Positions 1 to 13,702 of a stretch of 64,000 nt of DNA are shown here, piece by piece. The translations under genes were made by a program, and so were the position numbers. This stretch comes from Octopus bimaculoides (taxonomy: Eukaryota): positions 159,297,031-159,361,030 of the forward strand of contig NC_068982.1 of the NCBI RefSeq assembly GCF_001194135.2. Direction: 5' to 3'. The notes under the pieces are model-generated. The model saw only the letters and a program-made list of their open reading frames with translations, had not been told where the DNA came from and made no database searches. The first letter of the stretch is position 1. Every line of letters begins with the position of its first letter.

Positions 1-566
1 AAGTGCTATAAAAAAGGAATAAATGTAGGTGAGTCAATAGAGTCAAATTAGATGACAGAAAAATAGAGATAAAAGTCAGATGAAGATAAAATATGCTGGA
101 TCTTCGAAGAATATTTTGCGACAGTTGCACTAGAAACTTTAGTCTATTGCATCGCGAAGGAGCTAAGTATAGTTGATAAGGTTGCTTTACTTAAAATTTT
201 CAAGATTTTCTGGCACTCAAATCTTTGTCCGTGATGAATCACTGGCAACAACGAGAGACGCTCTTCCATATGTATGGTGCATGTGTGCGTACATGTGAAT
301 GGTTACTGCCAGTTAAGGTGCAAGACTTATGACATGTGCCGAGAACTAATTGTGCACCTTTTTTTTTTAATTCGAGACCAAAATTCATGATGAGAATTCG
401 TGATATTTACATGAAAACTCTTTTCCCCGGTTGTCATCATTATAAAAGGTTACGGAATTAAAAGAAAAATAAAAGAGAAAGAAAAAAAGGTAAACGGCTT
501 TGCTCAGGAATCATTTAAGCATAGCATTCTTTCATCTGTTTCAGTGACGAATGTAAAAGTCGAAAT

Positions 567-693
567 GCGTAAGACTAGAGTTACATAATTATCAAATCAT
601 TATAATGTCAAAATTATGTAAGACCCGCATAATGTAATTGTTAAATCATTATAACGTCAGGATTGCGTAAGACTAAAGTTACGTAATTATCAA
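567..693. repeat. 49-bp imperfect minisatellite, about 2.6 copies
   Basis: Units start at 567, 616 and 665 (GCGTAAGACTAGAGTTACATAATTATCAAATCATTATAATGTCAAAATT and variants). Units 1 and 3 are more alike than either is to unit 2. Confidence 0.85.
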
Positions 694-2058
694 CTGATGG
701 TAACATCATAGTGTTCGAAGTGAAACTCTTCCTATTATCCATTTTATACACAGTAGATTTTAAAAGTAATAGGGCTATGTCTTGAAAGCTGGTTTCACAA
801 AGTCGGCTATTGTATTCAATTTTCAAGACAAGAAGAATGATTGAAAATTTTATCAGTTTAATAGACAATAGATCTTATTAACGGCAGGAAATCGACCGTG
901 AATATTTTTATACCTGCACATTGCTTAAATGATAGTAGGAGACATACATACAATAAGAACTGGACACACAAAAACAGAAAAAGAGGGGTAGAGAGTCACG
1001 GAGAGAGAATTACCAACCAGGCATTTTATATATACCTATAAAAATTAAGGTATATATACATTTTAGACATAGTCACAAGTAAAAATGTAAAAATTTATAG
1101 ACGATCTGAAGTCTTTTTATTTTCTTAGTAGATATTTTATAGTCATTTTGATATTCCACGCATGTAATGTTAATAAAATTTGTGATTACAAAGATTAATT
1201 AAACTGACTTAATTACTGTTTTATAGTATATCTTACAAACAATAAATCACTATATCTTGGAATTTTGTTTGTACTTTATGAGATTTAAAAACGTTTCTTA
1301 GTGATGCTTTTGCAACAGTTGAATAGCTGACACAAGAAGTAGGAATGGGAGTAAGAGGCACGTGACTTTAATTAAAGCTGATATATTGTTATAGTATATG
1401 AATTTTTTGTATTGGTGAATATTGAAGAAGAAAAGTAGGAAAACTAACAGAGTAAACTTTTGATCATTCTTTCAGAATTTGCTTCCTTTTAGAGCGAAAG
1501 GAATTACTCTTAAATAATTTAAGCATCTTAAATACAATCACAACTAAACAAACACATTGTATTTACAATGCTTAGTCCTAGTTATTGAGTGTAAAGATTT
1601 CTTTTCAATTAATTCTTCTATAAAACTCAAAAATGGAGGAAACTAAGCAAAAATGCAACGGAGATTAGCACGAAAAAGGAAAAGAAAGGAAAGGAGGGGG
1701 CAAAGAGAACAGTAAATATGATAACAGCTATATTTCAATTAATATGTCTAAGATGTGTTTCCTGATATTACTTATATTGACAAAAACATAAAACCAAATA
1801 TATTTCGAAATATGGCGGCTGACACTGCTGATACTGCTATCTACAAAATACATACACACATCATTTTTGTGTGTATCTAATCCAGTATCTGCCAAACTAT
1901 TTTACCTTACGACACACTTAGCAAGGAGAATTTGTTTTGCGGCACACCAGATGTGAATCCCAACAAAATTGAATATACTTTAATTAGAATGAATAAAAAT
2001 AAACAAATTCTTATTATAGTAACAATAAAATAATGTTGTTTTATGAAAATATAATATA

Positions 2059-3015
<957 letters not shown>

Positions 3016-5497
3016 ATATCGACTGATTCATGAAAATAGTATCCGTCTAAACATTCAATATATTTGTTAATATATATATAAGCCGTGCTATATACATGAA
3101 TTCATTACATATTTTAAATACTTTATATATTATATACATACGAATATATATATACATATATAAATATGAATATATATGTATGTGTGTGCATGTATGTGTA
3201 TTTGCATGTGTGTGTCTTGACATGCGCAATTTCAAATGTAAACTTATTTTCCCACTTATCTTTTATAATATATTTATTATTTCATACTTCGGTTGTTTTT
3301 CTAGATGCATTTTGTTTTATTTATCTTGTCATACAACTATATGTTATGAATTCTTTGTTACAAATATATATTTATTTTCCAATTTTTTGGTTTGTAGGAG
3401 TAATTTGGACCGCTGTGATCAAAAATTCAGGAGTCCCATGCTAATATTTATATTTTATTTATGATTTTCCCAGTATTCTGAATATTGAGCTGACATTTAT
3501 ATTTATAGATCAATTCTATATAATATTTTATATCTTGAGAGATTTGTTTAAAAATTACGATCTTTGTTGCTACATTGAGCAAAGTTCATAAAACCGTGCT
3601 GGTAGTAATAAGTGTTTATAATCTGATTATTTGAACTATATACTTGAGACAACAAGCTGTCAAGCTCTAGAGTTCCTTCAGACTATAAGTGATATCCAGT
3701 TAAGTATATTTAAATGCTTTACTGCACAATATTGGACACCGGAAAAGGGAGAGATGAAGGAAACGAGAGTGTTAGAAAACAATAGGATTAGAGCTAGTTA
3801 CGTTTTGAACCAAAAATAACACAAGCTGTCCTCAGTATGAGTTGCAATCTGCCCACAAATGGCGGAAGGCAAATCGCGGAATGTAAACCACTGTAAATCT
3901 AATATTCGGTTATCAGTACCATATCAGTCCCCTCCCTTGTTTGCGTTAAGCAGGACTTTCATTAATGATAATAAATTATATTTACATTATGACTATGATT
4001 ACAACAGATTTTAAATTGTCTGCGCTTAGCCATATGAATTCTTTATTCAGAAAACACTCTGGATATTTTCCAATATTTTACTATACATGTGTTTGTGTGT
4101 TTGCGAAAACATGAGTACTTATGACGTTGTGTATATGCATGTAATTGAATATTCAGCAATTTAAAATATATTCAATTGACTATTCTCTAAGTAATTATAT
4201 AAATGTTGTTTACCAACTTATGTTGCTCGTAGATTGGGAAATAATTATCCAATGTAGAATTTGTGATAGATTTGAAAAATAGAAAATTTCAATATCATTG
4301 TTGATTTTCCCTGAAAATATTCAAACAATAAGTTACCATATAAGCCTCTTAGCTATTGTATATTGTGTATGAGACGTTCCTAAAATAAACTCATTCAAAC
4401 ATTTTCTTTTTAATATGGTGAGCTAATGTGACAGCGTATACAGTTATAGAATGAGTAAAATGTCGATTGCTCCCCCTGCTAAATATAGATGGCAGCTCAA
4501 AATGAGTTGTGCGATGTCTTGTGAAACACAAGGAGACCTAAGTCGGTGCTTTTCTAGGATACAGTCGATCTAACGAAAAGAAAAGATTATGACTGAAACG
4601 CCTTTGATCATAGGGCTGCTTATTTAATATTGCAGTAAGGCTAACGGATAAGAAATCCCAATGCGATTATACGTAGCAGGTATTTTGTTAACTATTCTTT
4701 ACAGACTACTACGCTGAAGTTTCCATCAGATAATTATTTTTCGCAGTAAATAAGAATCATACTACTTTGCAAAATATTTGGTCCGAGTAGCAAGAAGAAC
4801 TGCAACTAGTCTTCAGAGGTACTAAACATCAATGATTTGCTCACATATTGAATAGATATCACGATCTATTTCATTGCTAAAGGAATGTAATGCTCAACAT
4901 GAAAAATGTGCATTCAAAACCTTTTACTAGATTAATGCCACTAAGCATTAAAAAAAATCACAAAATCATCAGCTTAGGACAGGAAAGATATTGAAGTTGA
5001 AAGCGAAAATCTCATACAGGAAAAAGAAGGCATGACAACTATCAAACGTTTGATCTATTTCGTGAATAGCTTCATTTTAATGAGGAATGCACATTGTCAA
5101 GGAGAGGGCTTAGTGGAAAAAATATAAAGTTTGAAAGCTGCGTTCTTTCTGAAGCTTGAACAGCATGGAAAATTAAAGCGCTCTACCAAATTTTTTTTTA
5201 TATCTTTCTCAACGTTGTATGTACTACATTTCAATTTATTGTTTGCCAAATACAAAGCGCACCTCTGAACTTTAAAGTGCAGTAAAACACTATTGAGATA
5301 TTAAGTAAACCTATTCAGGTTTTCCGATCATTCATGCGGAAAATGTCTTTTCGGATGTTTGTCTCAGAAACAAGAGAATAAGTATAAGTTGTCAACAGTC
5401 ATCGTATCTTCATTTGACTTTTTGTTTTTGTATGGTTTATACATTACGAATTTGTGCGCTGTAACAGTAATAGAGGAAAGACGACACACATAAGGCT

Positions 5498-5679
5498 ATG
5501 CATATAGACAAACACGCATACACATGCATACATACGCATACATATATGTACGTTTGTATGCATGTATGTATTGTAAAATATCATAGATATGTGTATTCAT
5601 ATGTATCTTTATATTCATTTAATATTCTCCATGTCCCTCTCTGTCAACCCATACTCATCCACAGTACATATATGTATGC

Positions 5680-5729
<50 letters not shown>

Positions 5730-5840
5730 NNNNNNNNNNNNNNNNNTGTGTGTGTGTATGCATTATATATGCATATATATAATATAATATAGGTATATGT
5801 ATGAATGTATGTATGTACGTATGTATGTATGTACGTGTAT
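5498..5840. repeat. Compound (CA/TA/ATGT) microsatellite containing a 17-N gap (5730-5746)
   Basis: Read directly. Confidence 0.9.
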
Positions 5841-6574
5841 ATGTATGTATGTATGCACGTCGGTTTTGATGACAAGAGATTACGTCTCTAAAAGTTGTTC
5901 CTTTTTCAAAATATACGTCTTGTCACAAATTGTATAGTATTTCTATTCTTGTTGTATACTTCTATGTGGATACCCGGTGTATTCTTATACGCTTATGTAC
6001 ATAGAGCAACACAGACATAGATTTAACTAAACGGATATAAATGTATATAATTCCATCATTTACAAGTGAGATTTTAGAACATTTCATGTGTTCTGTTTGC
6101 GTTTTTATATGAAAATTGGATTCGAATGTATGTATATCATGCGTGTAAGTTTTCATTCAAAATGTAAATGATATAATATAAACATTACTTAGTGCACTAT
6201 TTAAGTTTTACGATTTAAAGACGTTTGACAGGGAGAGGCAGCAATACTGAGTGAGAGATACAAGTAGAAATAGACAGTGAGAGAGAAAGAGGGGGAAATG
6301 GAAATGAGAAATGCTTATAAATGACATAGAAATGAAGATAAAATGGATAGTGACGAAGCAACTAGGGAAAAGATACAGATAGAAGACTGTTAAGATGATG
6401 GAATTTAATAGATGTGTTGCATTGGATGAAAATCAGTGTAGGTTGGAGTAGAAGCGAAAGTCGAGCATTGATAACCTCGAAAGAAATGAATTTCAATGTG
6501 AGAAGCTATGCAAAATATTTATAAAAAGAAAAAATAAATCAACGTTTAATAAAATAAGTAGAATTATAAATAGA

Positions 6575-6715
6575 TACATACACACTCATACACACACTAC
6601 ACATTCAGACACATATCATACACGTATATTCGCGAACGTACACAGACACATACACACACTCTCTTACATACACATATAACTATGTGCTTGTATGTATATA
6701 CATATATGTGCATGC

Positions 6716-6803
<88 letters not shown>

Positions 6804-6950
6804 GTAGATATGTGTGCGTGTATATATGCATATATACGTACCTATATGTGTGTGTGTGCTTGTGTGTGTGAGTATGTGTGTGTACGTATTTACATATACA
6901 AACAGGCATACATGAATATATATGTGTATATACAGATATTTACATACATA
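6575..6950. repeat. Compound (CA)/(TA)/(TG) microsatellite field
   Basis: Read directly; accounts for the YIYI/HTHT pseudo-ORFs here. Confidence 0.9.
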
Positions 6951-7629
6951 TCTCACAGCTGACAGAGAATTTACACAGAGAAATAAACAATTCTTGTGTG
7001 TGGGTATCTGAGAAATTGTAAGAGAAAAGAAGTGTGATTTATTGTTGGTTGTGATTAGAAAGAAAATAAGAGATAATTGTCATGGAAATGATGATATTAA
7101 TGATAATAACGATGGTAATGGTGAAGATGTTGGATCAGAGTGAGGTTAATCGTGATGTCAATGCAGTGGTGATGCTAGCAGTGCAGCTTGTAGTTTGTTA
7201 AATTTGATTGGAGAAATAGGGTGATGGTGGAGTGAATTTTAACGTAGTTGATGATAACTGTTTGTTTGAGATGTCATTGAATCTATGACTGGAGGGTCTA
7301 TACAAGGTTTTGAAATAGAAGCTATACCGTGGATAAGCTTTAGCAGTACATGTCAGAAAGTTCTTGACACACGAACAAATAATTCCTGATAACGATAGAT
7401 AATACTAGTATTAATTAAAAAATCAAAATAAAATAATTAAAAAAATGATACTACAAATACGATAATAGTCATCCATTACACTCACATACACGACGATGAT
7501 TGTTAAGTAGCAGAACGACGCCCGGAGGATAGTATGTTGTCTAGTTATATTAATCCATTCCACTATAGGCACCAAGAATGAATTATTTTTCTTTTGAGTG
7601 TGTAGGGGGGAGGGCTGTTTTCAGGAAGT

Positions 7630-7735
7630 TGGTCGATTACATCAACCCCAGAACTTAATTCGTACATATTTTATCAGCCTTAAACTGATTAAAAACAACA
7701 TTGACCCTGGCTGAATTCTAAGTTTAGAATCGAAT
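7630..7735 (-). mobile_element. Degraded tRNA-SINE fragment (family A)
   Basis: GGTCGATTACATCAACCCCAG...TTTTATC matches the better-preserved copy at 52080-52308 (GTCGATTACATCGACCCCAG...TTTATCGACCC). Confidence 0.65.
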
Positions 7736-9195
7736 ATTCTAAGTTTCATCTTGACGAGGTTGTTTTGCTTCATCGTTATTTTTTTTTTTTTTTTTTCGCT
7801 CCGATAAATATTTCTTGTGATGATTCCTACTTGCCATAGCCGCATGATGAAAGATCCGCAAAGTCTATTTTCAAAATTCACAGATCTCAGTTAAAAAGGT
7901 AAATGTGTGAGGATTGGAGTGGAATTTGATTAAATCGGTGAAGTTACGATACTGTACTCTCTGTAACGAGAGTGGTTGTGTTTTACGAATTGTTGAGGCT
8001 GTTTTCTATCGCTGAGTTTTATGTTGGTGGTACTCTTGCTGTTGTTAATAATTTTGTGCTATCATTGTTCCAATGTAAGGTAATGGCACTTCTGATATTG
8101 CTTCTGGTAGTGTAATTACTGTTATTGTGTGTGTGGTGCTGTTACAGGCATACGGACCGAAAATCTTCATTCCTACGCGAGACATTAGATGATTCTCTGG
8201 TTGAACGTCTATAATGAATCTTACTTCGACACTGCTATATTGGAGTTGTCAAAGTATATTCTTCTGAAACAAGTTTCGTCTTGGGGATTAAAGGTCTTTT
8301 GCAGGCATCGTTTCTTAAACGACATCCACCAGTATATTACTCTCCTCTTGCTGTTAATCCAGAACAGATTTTTGCACTTGTTTTCATTATATAGATTTGA
8401 TTCATTCCTTTATTTTTTTTTATATATTTGTAATTCAATATACGGCGGTGAAAATTGTGCTTTTGTTGAAATATCTGCCGTTGCTGTGTTGAGGATTCCG
8501 AAGGCCTCATCAATCGTGACAGTGGTTACGACCGCGCTGTAGGAGGAGGATTAGTTATCATTGTTGCTTTTGCTGTTGTAGCTTGTTTATTGGAGACCAG
8601 TGTGCTCGAAAATGCTTTCAATTCATTATGTTTCTAATGTTCCCGTTAATGTTGTTGCTGCTGCTATTATTGATATGAATGCTCATATAGTTATTGTTAC
8701 TGTTATAGTTATTAATATTATTGTTCTTTTTCTTGATGCTGTCCACGACATTTTTATTGTCGATTCTGCTGTTGTTTCCGATTCTGCGGTTGCTAAAATT
8801 GCTCTCGTTGTCTTGCAGTGACCTCAAAGAATCAGTGGAATATGGTATGGTAATGGCGCCAAATTCTTTTATCGTCATGGTGACATCATCATTGTTTGTT
8901 TTCGAATCGGACAATAATAGAGACTGGCTTTGAAGTTCGTAATTGATTTTCTTTCAACCAGCTTTTTAAACACAGATGTAACGATTTTTTTTTCAAAACC
9001 GAATACATCTTCAAAGGAAACACTGTCAGTGAGGTGCGTCTTACAGAAAAAAAATGCATCTTTACAATTTATGTCAGTAGTTCAAGAAAGTTATGAACGA
9101 AAAATGAGATCTGATTGCTTTCAAAGCAGAAGTACAGCTTAAAATTGTAAAACTTAAGGAGACACACAATTCTATTGTGTTCAAGCCAAACCCCA

Positions 9196-9259
<64 letters not shown>
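9196..9259. repeat. (AAT)n microsatellite
   Basis: Read directly. Confidence 0.97.
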
Positions 9260-9445
9260 TGGCTTAAAGATTAGTGCAAGTCTGAAGGAAGAACACCTAC
9301 AAAAATTAGCATTGCTTGGAACTGCAGGTATTCTTCGCGAGGTTATTGAAGCAAACGAATATCACATTAGTCTGCTGGCTGTGAACAGCTGACACTTTCC
9401 ATCATACAAAGCAAAATAAGATGTGAGTTTTACATAAAATAATAA
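9260..9445 (+). mobile_element. Extreme 3' fragment of an R4/Dong-like RLE LINE between two (AAT)n arrays
   Basis: Translates to EEHLQKLALLGTAGILREVIEA, matching the C-termini at 39720-39782 (IQKIALLDTAHILRKTL) and 40810-40863 (LQRTSLRGTAPILRMVVEK). A 3' UTR follows and shares GTGAACAGCTG with the 40860-40940 UTR. Confidence 0.82.
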
Positions 9446-9451
9446 TTATTA

Positions 9452-9452
9452 T

Positions 9453-9511
<59 letters not shown>

Positions 9512-9703
9512 GGAGAAGAAGAAGAAGAAGAAGAAGAAGAAGAAGAAGAAGAAGAAGAAGAAGAAGAAGAAGAAGAGGAAGACTAAGAAGAAGAAGAAAA
9601 AGAAGAAGAAGAAGAAGAAGAAGAAGAAGAAGAAGAAGGAGGAGGAGGGGGAGGAAGAGGAGGAGGAGGAGGAGGAGGAGAAGAAGAAGAAGAAGAAGAA
9701 GAA
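9452..9703. repeat. Compound triplet repeat (AAT)n(AGA)n(GGA)n(AGA)n
   Basis: Read directly. Confidence 0.97.
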
Positions 9704-10171
9704 GACCGTTTTCCCACGAGGCAAAGAAAGTTAGTCAAACATTTCATCTTCCCACCCTTATATATATTATTAACTACCTAGATGTATATTGAACTGGGAC
9801 TACTGTAATGAAAAGACGGCTTCGCCATGAGGTGGATACGTCCACTTTCCCACCCCAACACATTTTCTCTGTATTTGAACTGGGAACGAGGCTTTTTTTT
9901 TTTTTTTGGTATGAACTCTTACGAGGCAACGGCCACGCCTAAGTGGCAGAAACAATCATATCGCTTGAACACCACTTGTAGGAGACGGAAACCCCAAAGC
10001 TTTAACCAGTATTACAGGAATCGTATATCTTACGGTGGAGATATTGCCAGTGATGGTGTCACGAAAAAAAAAAGATACTGGTGGTTGAGCGCTAACCCTC
10101 ATCATAAGTGCTTAAATGTCAAATAAAAATAGAAATGAGAACGGCGCCAAGCAACTGCTAAAAGATTTATA

Positions 10172-10574
10172 TGTCAGTTGTTTGACCTCAGCCAGTTGAA
10201 CATGTTCCTTGGTGGCTGACGATAAGTGCATCTCGAGCAGAGATAGTGGGGGAGCATCATAACCATATGTTGGGGTTTGAGTAATTTACCTCTGGAAACA
10301 TAGGTGTTTCGTTCAACAACCTTAAACAACCGTTATTCAGGGACCTTCTGAGCAGAATGTGTTATTCGAAGAGAATTCTAACTTGGCTCCACCTGCAAGT
10401 TCATGCACTGTTTATCTTGATATTAGGTCACCACGTCGTGCACGTATCATTGTGATGCATGTGCCTGGTGTACCCTTAACACACGGGTAGTCATGATGGG
10501 TATGTTGGGCTTCGTACCCCACTGTCATGTTGATGGCATGTACTTCTCTCTCACTCAATAACAATAAAAATAAA
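10172..10574 (+). mobile_element. Interspersed retroposon-like repeat ending in an A-rich (CAATAA) tail
   Basis: 10172-10218 is homologous to 10699-10746, and the unit ends in CTCTCTCACTCAATAACAATAAAAATAAA. The family identity is recalled, not verified. Confidence 0.6.
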
Positions 10575-10579
10575 TGCCT

Positions 10580-10746
10580 TGATGCAGTGCAAAGCACTGG
10601 CTCAAATGTCTTATGATCTTAATCGATTGGAAGTGTTATCATGTACATGTTTTTTCTTGGGCTATAGAAAATTTTCTGCTCAACACCACAGATTTCATTG
10701 TCGGTTGTATGACTTTAGCCAGTTGAGCATGCTCTTTAGTGCCTGG
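10580..10746 (+). mobile_element. Second, 3'-truncated copy of the same repeat, head-to-tail with the first
   Basis: TGTCGGTTGTATGACTTTAGCCAGTTGAGCATGCTCTTTAGTGCCTG aligns with TGTCAGTTGTTTGACCTCAGCCAGTTGAACATGTTCCTTGGTGGCTG. Confidence 0.6.
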
Positions 10747-11036
10747 TTTTATGCGCATGGCGAAGCACTCAGTAAGAATTTTTGAGGGATGAGGTTTTGT
10801 GTCCCATGGCTGGTTGTTGACAAATTTTTCCGCCGTGTGGAAAAATTTGTCTTCAATATTATCGCAAAAAGTAAAGCAAACGCCTAGAAAAAAACATATC
10901 GTTCATTACAGTAGGAATGGGATGGAAATGGTGGCCATATCGAAGATGCTAAAGGAGAATTTAGTGCCTGAGAACGCCATTTTTAGGTATGAAAAGTGTT
11001 TGCCCATCTCATATACATGCACACATACATACATAC

Positions 11037-11146
11037 ATACATACGTACATACATACAAATCTGCACGTATACATACATACATACATACAAATCTGCACGT
11101 ATACATACATACATACATACAAATCTGCACGTATACATACATACAT
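11037..11146. repeat. 32-bp minisatellite (ATAC)5-AAATCTGCACGT, 3 copies
   Basis: AAATCTGCACGT starts at 11057, 11089 and 11121. Confidence 0.92.
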
Positions 11147-11149
11147 GCA

Positions 11150-11792
11150 GTTATCACCCACGCCATAAGCAGTTATCCGAAAATTTCATCACGGTAAATA
11201 CTAACGATGAGAGAGGATGTTGTTGCTAGGAGATCCATCACAAGGATAACCACGAGAACAAAGAAATGAGAACCCACGTATGATGGAAGTCATAACCACT
11301 CATACTAAAAATGGGTAATATTGGAATGTCCCAGTGAAAACCTTAAGAAAATGCAAACCCAATAGGCCTGATATAATGATTTGGGATACAGAAAAGAAAC
11401 TGTGTACACTTGTGGAAATCAGGTGCCTAGTGGATGATAACATAAAGCTGAAGATCAACGAATAGAGAGAATACGTACGCTGAGCTATTAAGAAATCTGG
11501 AGTTACTTTATCCAGATTACAAGTTCAGGTTTATACCTATAAATATTGTGGCACTGGGATATGTAACACACTGCCTAAATACTCATCTTGAGAAATTAGG
11601 CTTTTCAACACCAGAAAGGAGAAAGCTGATTCCAAGATTACAGATCCAAGCCATCACAGGAATTGTAAAAATCTATAGAACCTTCCAGAAGTTTACTATG
11701 AGGATGCCTAGATATGCAACTTTGTTCATGAAAATTTATATACCAAATAAACACGCAATTCTGAACGTATACATACATACATACATACATAC
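11150..11792 (+). mobile_element. 5'-truncated RLE (R2/R4/NeSL-type) LINE: zinc-knuckle tail, PD-(D/E)xK endonuclease, 3' UTR and (ATAC)n tail
   Basis: ITHAISSYPKISSR*ILTMREDVVAR (knuckle and RHD-like), YWNVPVKTLRKCKPNRPDIMIWDTEKKLCTLVEI, YAELLRNLELLYPDYKFRFIPI..ALGYV. Flanked by duplicated ATACATACATACATGCA (11133-11149 and 11793-11809). Confidence 0.92.
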
Positions 11793-13702
11793 ATACATAC
11801 ATACATGCATCAAAAAATACTCTGAGGATGCTGTTGATATTCCCATGAAGGAGCCTTGGATCTATGTTAGAAAGTAGCTTTTTCTCTGCTGGCAAGAAAT
11901 CATGAAATAAAAGTAAATAGTGACATACATACACACACACATACGCACGCACACATACACACGCACACACATACGCACACACACGCTCACATATATTGTG
12001 GGAAATATCCCAGAATAAGAATACACCGAAGAGAAGATATCGCATGAAACATGTCTTGAGAAGGTGACAAAGAATTTTGAAGATGCTTAGTAGAAAGAAT
12101 TAGAAAAACAAAATTCATCTCAAAAAGCATTTTTGTCAAGCATAGTAGTCTTGCGCTCCAGTGTTGATAATATTAACTAACATATTAAGTACAACACTTA
12201 CATAAACATTGCAAATAGAGCCATCAGTAACTGACTTATAATATATAGATAAAAACTAATAAAGGAAATATATATATTTTCTAAAGAAAGCTGAAATGAA
12301 ATTTGTATATAAAAATATACCAGCATCCATAATTGGAGAAACGAAAATTCAGAATGCAAACGTCATGTTTTATTAAGAAATGTATAAGTACCTAAAATTG
12401 AATAAACCAGAGTGCATCACACAAACGTTAATGAGAAGGTTAGAAAAGATTACCGTCGGCACATTAGATTGCCAAGTAAAACATAACTAAACGCAGATAT
12501 ACAGAAAAATACGCAAAGTAGTACAGCTGTTTACGAGTATTATTATAATATGAGTAATATTATACGGAATCTAATTGAACTTCCACAGCTAGAGATAAAA
12601 TAAGAAAAGCAATTGCATTTAAAATAAACCATCCAATTTTTCATAGAAAGTATTATATGCAACAGGAATAAGGAAATGAATGTGCCTTATGCAACTGGAA
12701 AACTGTTATAAAATATCCACTGTAGGAAATAAAGATATCCACTACATAATGAAATCTAATACACATAACTACAATATGAAAGCTGAGAAGATTGGACTCC
12801 TCTTATTCGTAGGGACCAAAAAATACGAATTTGAAAAATCAGAAAAAGGAAATATAACATCAGGCATTCTGAAATAAGTTTAATACTAAGCTAAAATTCG
12901 GAAATAACTTAGAAGCTTATCTAAAATTGAAATTCTAATGGTTAACGAGTGAGTGAGAAAAAAACATAAACATCCCGCTAACATGTTCACTACCTGCAGG
13001 AGACGTATGAAATATGAAATATTAAAAAAATTGTGAAACTTAAGGTGGGTCAATGATGACCGTCGCAGTCAAAGCTTTCACACGAGAAATCCACAAAAAC
13101 ATGTAACAAAGCAGAATATTATTGGTACGGAATAATTCCTCTCTTTTATTCGTCTTAGCCAAAAATAGTGTAAAGATCAAAGTTTTATAGCTTAGTCCAC
13201 TATGTGTAAACTTAGTTATTGGGTGCGGTGTTTCAACTTTTTGCTATTGGAAATTTTTAGGGGCTCACAAAAGAATATAAGTAGGAGGTTGTCTTAGCTT
13301 GTCAGTTTCTTGCTTGTGTTATTTTGGTTGTTTCATTTTTATATTTGTAATGGAGGGATTATTATTCAGGCATGGCATGATGTTGTGGGGAGGAAATTCG
13401 TTTAGCTTGTGCTTTGGTGTTCACAAGAGGATGTGGGCAGGTGTAAATAACGTTAGTCTGTATGTTTCTCTCTAGGCGTTTATTGTTTTATAAGCAATTA
13501 TATGTAAACATTTTAACCTTTGTGTTTGAAGAAGGCAGAGTTTGTGGGCTGTGTTTTTACATAACTGTCACTCAAATCTGGTTACAAGTTTCCATGTAGC
13601 TAAAACACTTGTCGGATAAGAAAAGAGATTACATGACTCATTTCTTCTTGTCATCCATCATTAACTAATGAAACTTTTGATTAATATACAAGTCAACAAC
13701 GG

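Noticed and set aside
3857-3885. AAATGGCGG (YY1/start-like); ATATGGCGG also near 1810
   Set aside because: A short motif with no downstream exon or CpG-rich promoter context.
13526-13580. Possible decayed hammerhead (TTGAAGA-A-GGCAG...CTGTC) in a PLE-like stretch
   Set aside because: C3 is mutated, no GAAA follows stem II, and no stem I or III can be built.
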